This document shows, piece after piece, positions 49,495 to 57,966 of a DNA stretch of 64,000 bases. The notes beneath the pieces are model-generated. The model saw only the letters and a program-made list of their open reading frames with translations, did not search any database and had not been told where the DNA came from. Origin of the DNA: a virus; UHGV virus genome UHGV-1558314. One strand, written 5' to 3'. How positions within the stretch are numbered: the first letter of the stretch is position 1; every line of letters starts with the position of its first letter. The position numbers and the translations under genes were made by a program.

Positions 49495-50367
49495 TCAAGC
49501 CTGACTACTTTTGTTGATTACGAGATACTTGTATCGTTCTTTGATTGTGATGTTCTTTGATTTTGCTGCCTCGAGTTCTTTACGTTCCTTGGAGGAATAG
49601 TTGAACTTGATGTAGTCGGAGAACAATTCGGGCTTATCTGCTACTTCATTGTTCTTGACTTCTTTTACAAGAGTTTGCTGAAACTCATTGATTGTAGTGA
49701 AACCAAGGAATGACTGGAACTTGTTAAGCGGAAACAACTTATCTGTGTTGTCCTCGAATGTCGGGAATTCGTCGGAATACGTAATTTCGATTTGGTCTAC
49801 GAAATATCTAAGTTTTTCCCAAGGTTCCTTGCCAATGAGGAGAATGTTCTGATGGTCAAGTTTTTCCTCGAACATTTCCAGGAGGCATTCGTATGATTTT
49901 ACGAGACGAACTCCAGGATATGTAATTGATGCAATTGAACGAGGTTTGTGAGTTGTCTTGACTTCTTTATTGTACGTTTCCTCATCAATGCAATAGATGT
50001 ATCGCTTGACCTTGTCGTATTCTTTCGGAAGATAGTTGTTGTCAAGGAATTGCTTGTCAACTACAATGAAACTGAAAGGATAGAGTTCATTGAATCGTTG
50101 ACGAAGCTGTTCTGTTGCAAGGAAGAAATGCGAGCCATCTTTTGCTGCAAATTCCATATTTGAATTGCATCCTGCATATGCAATGTATCTGTTTCGCTTC
50201 CATTTAAGGAATCGACTTACCAGATTCTTTTCGAAGATATCCTTGTATTTGAAGTTAGTGTCCCAGTACTCCTTAACAATTCCATCTTGCATTTTTCTTG
50301 ACAATTTTGAATTGTCTACCGGCCTATCAGTAAAAACTGAAGGTTTGTTTGCATTGTATAATCCCAT
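49495..50367 (-). CDS. hypothetical protein with atypical nucleotide composition
   Basis: Start taken at MGLYNANK (ATG at 50367) just downstream of a promoter-like motif; sequence visibly richer in gg/tcgg/ggaa than neighbouring genes. Confidence 0.5.
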   Translation of the reverse strand: MGLYNANKPSVFTDRPVDNSKLSRKMQDGIVKEYWDTNFKYKDIFEKNLVSRFLKWKRNRYIAYAGCNSNMEFAAKDGSHFFLATEQLRQRFNELYPFSFIVVDKQFLDNNYLPKEYDKVKRYIYCIDEETYNKEVKTTHKPRSIASITYPGVRLVKSYECLLEMFEEKLDHQNILLIGKEPWEKLRYFVDQIEITYSDEFPTFEDNTDKLFPLNKFQSFLGFTTINEFQQTLVKEVKNNEVADKPELFSDYIKFNYSSKERKELEAAKSKNITIKERYKYLVINKSSQA

Positions 50368-50407
50368 TGTAGTAGAGGTTTTTGTTAAATTTATTATATA
50401 TGTATAT

Positions 50408-50434
50408 ATTACAACGACAGTGCAAAATTTGCAC
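50408..50434 (-). promoter_or_regulatory. recurrent bipartite promoter-like motif
   Basis: attacaacgacagtgcaaaatttgcac (contains the palindrome cagtgcaaaatttgcactg). Confidence 0.5.
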
Positions 50435-50461
50435 TGTCGTAGCATAAAAGTTTACACATTT

Positions 50462-50812
50462 TTACAAATATGAGTACAGTTTGTTCATAACTCGTTCAAT
50501 TGCAAATTCAACACCATATTGCAACAACTGTTCAGTGCTAAATGTCTTTGCTGCATGTGCATGCGCAACAATATGCTTTGTCTGTGCATATAATATCCAA
50601 GTATCAGTTGGCCTGTCATAAGTTACTGTCAGTCTACATGTTTGCAACACAAACTCTTGACTAAAGTATTCTCTTCGCCAAAACTCTGGTTCTGCAATAT
50701 GCAAATCAAGCCAAGCAAACTCAAACAGAATTTGTTTAAGTTGACGTTGATGCTTACGTTCAGCACGATATGAGTTGCTGAATAGCCATTTAATGATGTT
50801 CATCATTTGCAA
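50462..50812 (-). CDS. hypothetical protein
   Basis: 116-aa ORF. Confidence 0.4.
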   Translation of the reverse strand: MQMMNIIKWLFSNSYRAERKHQRQLKQILFEFAWLDLHIAEPEFWRREYFSQEFVLQTCRLTVTYDRPTDTWILYAQTKHIVAHAHAAKTFSTEQLLQYGVEFAIERVMNKLYSYL

Positions 50813-51519
50813 TCATTATGCTGAGTATGAATTGCGTTGCCCTGTGAATCCAAGCGAATCGCAGTTTGCATTGCGACTTCAGATTGTGTTTGTTCTGCTT
50901 GACGAGCTCTTTGAAGTCCACCTCCAGGGTGACATGTGTAAAATCTATCAAAGTCAGTGCCAAGCTGTTCAGCAACAGACAACATGATGTTATCACCAAT
51001 GAGCTGAGATGCTAGCAGAGAATTCGTCGGAATTCGTGGATTGCGTGAGTCCTCGTCAATTGCTGGCAATGATACAAGCAAGTCTGCCCAAGCATTCATA
51101 TCAGTGACCTTGCCACCAGCAAAGTTAATGCCGATGATTTGGCAATTCGGTGCAAGCAATTCACGATGTTCACGAAGATATGTCATTGCAGTTGCAAGTT
51201 CAGATGTGTTGCCTGTTTTGCTGAATGCTACAATAACATCATTGTTTCGAATCATACCAAAGTCACCATGCATTGCATGTACTGCATCAAAGAACGCAGC
51301 ATCAAGTGAAATTGAATAGCATGTTGCAGCAAGTTTTTCACAGCAATGCACATTTTTGCCAATGCCAGTGAACAATACTTTGCCATCAGACTTCAATGCA
51401 TTTGCAATAATGTCTGCTGCAATGCCAAGAACATCATATTGCGCATCTGAAATGTTGTTGTGCCATGCTACAAGCGACTCGACTGATGCAGCAATGCCTT
51501 TGTGTACAAGTGTTTTCAT
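50803..51519 (-). CDS. SIS-domain sugar-phosphate isomerase (arabinose-5-phosphate isomerase-like)
   Basis: DGKVLFTGIGKNVHCCEKLAAT and VIVAFSKTGNTSEL match the KdsD/KpsF-type SIS signature; no CBS domains. Confidence 0.7.
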   Translation of the reverse strand: MKTLVHKGIAASVESLVAWHNNISDAQYDVLGIAADIIANALKSDGKVLFTGIGKNVHCCEKLAATCYSISLDAAFFDAVHAMHGDFGMIRNNDVIVAFSKTGNTSELATAMTYLREHRELLAPNCQIIGINFAGGKVTDMNAWADLLVSLPAIDEDSRNPRIPTNSLLASQLIGDNIMLSVAEQLGTDFDRFYTCHPGGGLQRARQAEQTQSEVAMQTAIRLDSQGNAIHTQHNDCK

Positions 51520-51537
51520 TTTGTGATGTTTGAAGGT

Positions 51538-52221
51538 TCAAAGAAACTTGAGTTTTGACAGCATTTCAGTGTCTTGTTCTGTGTTGATGCCAAGCTCTTG
51601 CATGACATCAAGCAACGCAGACCATAATTGCTCATATGATTGCCCACCCCCATTCATGACAACTGCATCAACGAACAACTCGTCGATGTGCTGCTCACTT
51701 GAATGATTGATGTTTTGCATGACATCATCATTAACAATCTTTATGAGTTTGAAGCCTCTTGAGCGCAATGCGGTCGCTTCATTTGGATATCGACAGTCAC
51801 CAACACAAATGAGAGCTTCATTATGACAGTTGTCAAGTCGATACAACAAACTATTGACAAAGAAGTCTTCACCATACAGTTTCTTGAGCACATCTGAAAC
51901 ATCAAGATGCACATTGCGAATCGATGAACCTGCAAACTCTACAAAGTGTTTTTGTTTGAATGCATTGTTATGCAAGTCTTGCAAATTGTAGCCCAGTGTA
52001 CTTGCAATAAATGCTTTCAGTGGCTTTGCAAAGCACTCATATGCAAGATTGCAGCCACATGACCAGTATGGATTTGCTTCAATTTGCTGCAAAGTTGATG
52101 TGTAAATGCTATCAATTACAGTGAACTTGCATTTAGTCATGACTCGAATCATCGCCCAAGCCAAATCTTTGCCTACGCCTGCATGACCAACAAGCGCAAT
52201 TTTTGTTATGTCATCATTCAT
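51538..52221 (-). CDS. deoxynucleoside monophosphate kinase (T4 gene 1-like)
   Basis: P-loop ALVGHAGVGKD (G-x-x-G-K-D variant typical of phage dNMP kinases). Confidence 0.55.
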   Translation of the reverse strand: MNDDITKIALVGHAGVGKDLAWAMIRVMTKCKFTVIDSIYTSTLQQIEANPYWSCGCNLAYECFAKPLKAFIASTLGYNLQDLHNNAFKQKHFVEFAGSSIRNVHLDVSDVLKKLYGEDFFVNSLLYRLDNCHNEALICVGDCRYPNEATALRSRGFKLIKIVNDDVMQNINHSSEQHIDELFVDAVVMNGGGQSYEQLWSALLDVMQELGINTEQDTEMLSKLKFL

Positions 52222-52696
52222 TGCACCACTGTTTAAGAGTCACAAAATTGTTGAAGTCTGCATAAAAGTCATCGCCACCGTTAAGCATTGCGACATTCTC
52301 AAGTTCATTGAGAATGATTTGCTTATCAATGACTATTGCAAGAGCGTCAAAGTCTTCTTTTGATTGCAAATCAAGTAGCACAGGATGACCTTTGAGTCTT
52401 GTAGTTAATGTTGTTGGCAGTCTATGCACAGACTTCTTTTTCTTTGACTGCGTAGGATGTTTTGAGCGCTTTCTTGTAGCAGTCAGCTGAATATCATAGT
52501 CAATTTCAAGCAAACCTGCATCTTGCATTACAAAGTTGAGATTGACATACACAGGATGCTTTTGCTGAATGTCTATGAATTCTTGTAATTTGTCGTTTAT
52601 CATTTGAAATGCATTTGTATATGATAATTGTACCACGTATGCATCAACTTTGCACACAAAACAAGACCAACTCAATTGAGCTGGTCTTGCGGTCAT
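52214..52696 (-). CDS. hypothetical protein
   Basis: 160-aa ORF. Confidence 0.4.
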   Translation of the reverse strand: MTARPAQLSWSCFVCKVDAYVVQLSYTNAFQMINDKLQEFIDIQQKHPVYVNLNFVMQDAGLLEIDYDIQLTATRKRSKHPTQSKKKKSVHRLPTTLTTRLKGHPVLLDLQSKEDFDALAIVIDKQIILNELENVAMLNGGDDFYADFNNFVTLKQWCNE

Positions 52697-52707
52697 ATGT
52701 AGACTTC

Positions 52708-53265
52708 TTAAAATTTGGATAGACTCGTAGTTGAATCAATGCGCAAAGAATCTGCTATAGGTGCGCAATCATCAATTGGGCGACTTGCAGGCTTAACTTT
52801 GAGCATGTACATTCTGCAGTTGCCAATATCTATAAGGGAACCAGAACGTGTCATATAATCACAACCCAAAATGCCAACAACTTCATGACCAAGTGCTTTG
52901 CTAAGCTGAACTAAAATAGGCGAAATGTCGTCAATAAACATGTCCAGCTGTACAGAACCATTTGCGATAGTAATGTCTGCATCTATTGCATGAGATACTT
53001 GAAGAGCTCCTGTGACATATGATAGTCGCTTAACTGAACGCTCTTTGCCAACCATGTCATGAGTTGCAACAAATGTGCTGTCAATCAATGACAATGATGC
53101 GCCAGTGTCAAGCAAAAGCCATGTGTCGACACCATTGACATTTGCATGCACAAATGGCAGGCTCTTCAAAACAATCGGTGACTGTGATTGCTGCAATGCT
53201 TCATTACACATTGTCAGCGTCATAATCGCAAGTAGCGATATAAGAAACAATTTGAATGTTTTCAT
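52708..53265 (-). CDS. secreted/lipoprotein retropepsin-like aspartic protease
   Basis: Signal peptide with LTMC lipobox-like cleavage site; active-site signature LLLDTGAS (hydrophobic-D-T-G-A-S). Confidence 0.6.
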   Translation of the reverse strand: MKTFKLFLISLLAIMTLTMCNEALQQSQSPIVLKSLPFVHANVNGVDTWLLLDTGASLSLIDSTFVATHDMVGKERSVKRLSYVTGALQVSHAIDADITIANGSVQLDMFIDDISPILVQLSKALGHEVVGILGCDYMTRSGSLIDIGNCRMYMLKVKPASRPIDDCAPIADSLRIDSTTSLSKF

Positions 53266-53269
53266 AAGG

Positions 53270-55222
53270 CTACTCTGCTTTTGTTGCTTGCATCAGTTCA
53301 GCAAAGCTTACAGTGTAAGCATCTTCACCAACAGTCACATATGCTGCATCAACATTGGAGTCATTGCCTGTGTATGTAACCAAGGTGCCTGCAGGAATTT
53401 CTACACCGTCAATTGTTCGCATCGAATTGACAAGCTTATATGTCTTGTTGTCTTCGAAGTTCTCATTGACATATGCGGCAGCAATCATTGTTGAACGCTT
53501 ACGAGATGCAGACTCATTGACAAAGCTTGCGCCAACAAGTTCTGACAGCTTCTTCTTTGTTGCTGCAGAACACTTGTCATATGCAATGTCAATTGCAAGG
53601 TCTACATCGCCAAGTTCCTTTGCAATGAGTTCATCAATCTGAGACAGCTTCTTGTCATCTTTGACAGCGACAAAATTCATTGCAAACTTGCGAGCGTTGT
53701 CTGACAATGATTCATCAATGTTCCACTGTTTCATCAATGTCTGCTTCAGTACCTTGTCAAGTTCCGACCAGTCCTTATCTGCAAGAGTAGTTGCATCAAA
53801 GTCTTCATTGCTGAACTGCTTCAGCACTTTGACTTTGTCATCATGTGACAATGCTGACCACTTGTTTGCAGCGTCTTCAGCAGATTCAAGCAGAGGCTTG
53901 ATTGCATCTTTGAGTTCTTGCGGCCAAGTTTCAGGCGCTTTGAGCAGCATCTCAGATGAGTTGTACTTAAGCATGTCGGTCATGATTGCAAGCTTAACAT
54001 TGTTAGCTTTCTCCTCAGGTGACAGAGCTTTGAACTTTTCAGCCCAGTCTTCAGATTCAGTCACGATTGATACTGGCTTTGCAAAACCAGCGACAAAGAC
54101 AAGCTTATACATGATGTTCGTCATGAATGAACAAACTGCATCAATATCAGACTGAGTTGCTGCAGATTGAGCATCACGAATGTTAAGCAATGCTTGACGA
54201 AGAGACATAATGCCTACAACAGGGTCAGACCATGTCAATACAACTGAACTATCGATTGTGATGCCCTTGTCAAATCGCATATTTTCTGCAATGCGGTCAG
54301 CAAGTTCAGGCAGTTCAGTGTAGTACTGCTCAAGTGCTGCATGTGTAGCAGGAATAGAAACTTTTGCAGCATCAAATGGGTTATTGATGTGCATAACATG
54401 TGCAGTTTGAATTGACTGCATCAGCATCGACACTACTGCAGATTCTATTGCAACATCATCTGCAGCAGCTTCATCAAGATTTGCAATTTTTAGCAATGCC
54501 TTTTTGTCTGCATCTGACAATCGCAGCCAAATGTATTCCCATTGACTGTTTGCATCATAGCCACGGTCAGTAGCAAACTTGGTGAGTTCTGCAGATTTCT
54601 TTGCTGCGTCATCGTCATCAAGCCAATCCAAGAATGCTTTCAGTTTGTCGTCAAATGCTTCATTGACAAATGACGCCATCGCATTTTGCAACAAATATTG
54701 ATGGTCTCGTACTGGTGACTCAACAATTTCAAAGCCTTCAAGAGACTTTGGCGAGTCAGTTGCTGAACCAGCTTCAAGACACTTCTTTGATGCATTGTCA
54801 ATGACAAACCACATCTTTTGTGCTTTGAGTGCAATGTAAGTCTTGTCTTTTGATTGCTGAACAGTCATGTTGTCAAGAGCCAATGCACTGATTGGCAAAT
54901 TCTTGACTGCTGACTTGTCAAGTGCTTCATTGACTGCTACATTGTCATCACTCATTAACTGAGTATTTGCAGCAAATGTTGCAGAATCAATGCTAAGCTC
55001 TTTGCCATCGGGCATAGCGAACTTAACTGCATCTGCAACATCAAGCACTTGCACCATGGTGCCTGCTTCGACTTTGTCGTCACCAACAGCGAACTCAGTT
55101 ACAACCTGATATGCTTTGTTAGCTTCAACAGTCTCAACAGACTCCATAATGAACTTTGCTGTGCTGCAAGAGATTTTGTGCTTTTTCATGTTCATGTATG
55201 AATTTGAGTGTTTGTTGTTCAT
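53270..55222 (-). CDS. hypothetical acidic protein (possible prohead scaffold or other virion protein)
   Basis: 650-aa D/E/K/A-rich ORF located in the capsid gene neighbourhood. Confidence 0.45.
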   Translation of the reverse strand: MNNKHSNSYMNMKKHKISCSTAKFIMESVETVEANKAYQVVTEFAVGDDKVEAGTMVQVLDVADAVKFAMPDGKELSIDSATFAANTQLMSDDNVAVNEALDKSAVKNLPISALALDNMTVQQSKDKTYIALKAQKMWFVIDNASKKCLEAGSATDSPKSLEGFEIVESPVRDHQYLLQNAMASFVNEAFDDKLKAFLDWLDDDDAAKKSAELTKFATDRGYDANSQWEYIWLRLSDADKKALLKIANLDEAAADDVAIESAVVSMLMQSIQTAHVMHINNPFDAAKVSIPATHAALEQYYTELPELADRIAENMRFDKGITIDSSVVLTWSDPVVGIMSLRQALLNIRDAQSAATQSDIDAVCSFMTNIMYKLVFVAGFAKPVSIVTESEDWAEKFKALSPEEKANNVKLAIMTDMLKYNSSEMLLKAPETWPQELKDAIKPLLESAEDAANKWSALSHDDKVKVLKQFSNEDFDATTLADKDWSELDKVLKQTLMKQWNIDESLSDNARKFAMNFVAVKDDKKLSQIDELIAKELGDVDLAIDIAYDKCSAATKKKLSELVGASFVNESASRKRSTMIAAAYVNENFEDNKTYKLVNSMRTIDGVEIPAGTLVTYTGNDSNVDAAYVTVGEDAYTVSFAELMQATKAE

Positions 55223-55277
55223 ATGATATGATATATATCAAGTGCAGCAATTGAACAGATTGCAAAAACAATGCTCA

Positions 55278-55307
55278 GACTGTAAAGTCTGAGCATTGAA
55301 CGACTAA
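55278..55307 (-). terminator. hairpin terminator
   Basis: caatgctcagact / gtctgagcattg with T-run on the minus strand. Confidence 0.5.
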
Positions 55308-55474
55308 ATTGTGCATCTTCCACAATGATATAGAATCATTGTTAATATTGTATTGATATTGTACAACATGCATTGCATATTTGCAATGATACAACATGCA
55401 AAATGCGCTTGCACTTTGATGCAAAGTGCTGCGTATACAACATGCATCGCGTATTCGCATTTGATGCAATGTCA

Positions 55475-56494
55475 CTATTGCTTATGCCAGCCATATGATG
55501 CCTGACCAGCATCATACACTTCTACAAAACCATGGTCGTACATAAAATCTTCATTACGAGTGCCCTTGCCCCCATTAGTACCAAGAATACGGTCTGCACC
55601 ATGCATAAGCAGCATATTATTTGTGATATGTTGCTTTGTCAGCATATTGAACCAATGTTTGCTATATGACAAGCCAAGACCATCAAAGCCCAGCTTTGTG
55701 TACACGCCACCATCAAACTTGCTCAAATCACAATACGACAACACAGATTCAGGGTCATATGTCTTGATAAAGTGCTTGAATATGCGTTCGGCGCCACCTA
55801 CGACTTTTGTTGCTGCACAAAGACGCAGTAGTTCATACTGATATCGCTTATTGTATCGTGGACGACCAAATGTCATAAGCTGATGTATGACATAGCCGCC
55901 AAGCAATTCAAGTGGATGGCCTTCAATCAACGCAAGATTGATAAAATTGCCTGAGCACTTGCCTTGCAAATGATGTTCAATCAAAAATTGATTTGCAGTA
56001 TACTTGTCAATTTCAACAACTTTAAGCTTGCGAGCATATACAATCTTTGATTTGTCTACGATTTGATGCTTGATGTGATTGATAACTTTCTTGGCGTCAT
56101 CCCAATCCCACACATGAATGCAATGAAAGCCTGCAGCTTTTGCAATGTCTGTTTTCTTTGCATGAATATCACAAGGCAAATGCGAATCTTTTGCAGCATG
56201 CATAAATAGATGCTCAAATGAATGCGTGCTATTATGTGAAAATGTGGGATTGATGTTGATGACGATGTTGTCATGTCTAAAATCGAAGACTTCATCACCA
56301 ATAACAAAGTTGCGCTCAAAATCTATACCGACATGTTTGAGTAATACTTGATGCCACACATCTTTATAGGCTGATTCAAGATTGCTTAGCTCATCACAGT
56401 TTGCAATATTTTTGTAACGTTGAATAGCAGCATCAAAGTCAAGATTGACTTCAGCGTAGTCTGCATTTTTATCGTAGTGAAATTTTGAGCTCAT
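55475..56494 (-). CDS. paralog family member C (conserved domain without the repeat array, extra inserted region)
   Basis: NINPTFSHNST, CIHVWDWDD, FVEVYDAGQ; FLIEHHLQG region between them; start taken at MSSKFHYD (ATG at 56494). Confidence 0.55.
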   Translation of the reverse strand: MSSKFHYDKNADYAEVNLDFDAAIQRYKNIANCDELSNLESAYKDVWHQVLLKHVGIDFERNFVIGDEVFDFRHDNIVININPTFSHNSTHSFEHLFMHAAKDSHLPCDIHAKKTDIAKAAGFHCIHVWDWDDAKKVINHIKHQIVDKSKIVYARKLKVVEIDKYTANQFLIEHHLQGKCSGNFINLALIEGHPLELLGGYVIHQLMTFGRPRYNKRYQYELLRLCAATKVVGGAERIFKHFIKTYDPESVLSYCDLSKFDGGVYTKLGFDGLGLSYSKHWFNMLTKQHITNNMLLMHGADRILGTNGGKGTRNEDFMYDHGFVEVYDAGQASYGWHKQ

Positions 56495-56598
56495 GTGTAT
56501 AATTTGTATGAGATTATTGTACAACATGCAAATGCATGTTGCATTTGATGCAAAGTACTGCGTACACAACATAAAGTACAAGTTTGCTTTTGACAGAC

Positions 56599-57621
56599 TT
56601 ACTTTGTATTGCTACGCGTCATTGTTAAATGACCGCAATCATACACATCAACTTCTGTTTTGCCAAGCATGCATGTATGACAATTTATTTTGAAATCTAC
56701 TGCAGTGTAGTCAGGATAGTTTAGCGGAGATTCTTTTGACAAATCAATTTCAATTGTGTCAGTAGTTTTAAGTTGTTCAGTGCCTGCAATGATATCTGCA
56801 ATGAGATTGATAACATCTTCTTGTGAATCCCAGTCAAACACAGTTATGCAACGATAGCCTGCATCAAGCGCAAGTTTTGTTTTGTTGTAATGGTATTGCG
56901 CATCAAGTGGCTCATTTTTGTCAGACAATTTTGTTGCATATCGAAACCCAAGCGTGCTGTTATGCGATACGGTAGGATTGATTTCTACAAGCAATTTATG
57001 TGTGCCATCAATATCATATGACAAATCATATGAATAACGTTGAATTCTAACTGCGTCAAGCTGCATGTCAATGTGTAAATGACGCAATATTATTGCATGC
57101 CAATGCTTGTTGATGCCCGATATTATATTTGCAGCTTCCATGCATTTTGGATGCATTACAAAATACGGCACGCCAAAGCGTTCTTGTATTGTTTTGTATG
57201 CTTTTGCATTAGAATCTTTACCATAAATGCTGCCATAACGCTTAAGCTTTGTAGCAATCAACTTGTCTATGTCACCCATAGCATTGCCAAAGCGCTCAAT
57301 CTTATGCTGTTTAATGGCATCTTTGTCGCCAAACATATGACCATATCGAGACATCTTTGTTGCTTTGACTGCATTGATGTTGCAACCTGCACCATATCGA
57401 GCATGCATAGTTTGCATGCGTTTAGCAATGTGCTCTTGTGATTGCTTAATTTGTTCGGTGCCAAATTTGCGCAAATTATTGATACGCTTAGTAACATCTT
57501 GTTTAATGACTGAATGCGTGGTTGTTCGCTTGCCAAGTCTTACACATTCTGTAGTTTTGAGCAATGTATCTCGTTCAAACTCAATTTGTGCAATTCGTGC
57601 AACAATTTCTTTAGATGTCAT
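56599..57621 (-). CDS. paralog family member D
   Basis: Repeats KxxRYG...GD plus LLVEINPTVSHNST, CITVFDWD, VDVYDCGH; start taken at MTSKEIVARI (ATG at 57621). Confidence 0.6.
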   Translation of the reverse strand: MTSKEIVARIAQIEFERDTLLKTTECVRLGKRTTTHSVIKQDVTKRINNLRKFGTEQIKQSQEHIAKRMQTMHARYGAGCNINAVKATKMSRYGHMFGDKDAIKQHKIERFGNAMGDIDKLIATKLKRYGSIYGKDSNAKAYKTIQERFGVPYFVMHPKCMEAANIISGINKHWHAIILRHLHIDMQLDAVRIQRYSYDLSYDIDGTHKLLVEINPTVSHNSTLGFRYATKLSDKNEPLDAQYHYNKTKLALDAGYRCITVFDWDSQEDVINLIADIIAGTEQLKTTDTIEIDLSKESPLNYPDYTAVDFKINCHTCMLGKTEVDVYDCGHLTMTRSNTK

Positions 57622-57706
57622 TTTTAATAGCATATTGATAATTATACAACATACAAATGAGTTTTGCATTTTTGATGTAGCAATTGCTTGCACAGTTTGC
57701 AAAAAA

Positions 57707-57738
57707 GAACCGCTTGCAATCTAATTGCAAGCGGTTCA
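57707..57738 (-). terminator. rho-independent terminator
   Basis: gaaccgcttgcaat / attgcaagcggttc followed by T6 on the minus strand. Confidence 0.6.
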
Positions 57739-57966
57739 ATGAATACGTTTGTCAGAAACTGTCAATGGTGCAATCGCTTGAAGAGTTAACTGAACAACTT
57801 GTTGATGCGATTGCTGCATTGGTGACTACCAAGCAGCCCATTGAACATTGGATTCGACATCAACGTCTTTGTGGTTGTTGTTGAACTCCCCAAGCCAGCA
57901 AGTATCATTTAGCAAGTTTCCAAACTTAACGTACTTGTCGTTCCCCGGCTTGGGTGGTGCAGGTTG

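Noticed and set aside
53270-55222. Assignment as T4 gp22-type scaffold
   Set aside because: Only composition and location support it; at 650 aa it is much longer than gp22 and no motif-level match could be made. Left as hypothetical.
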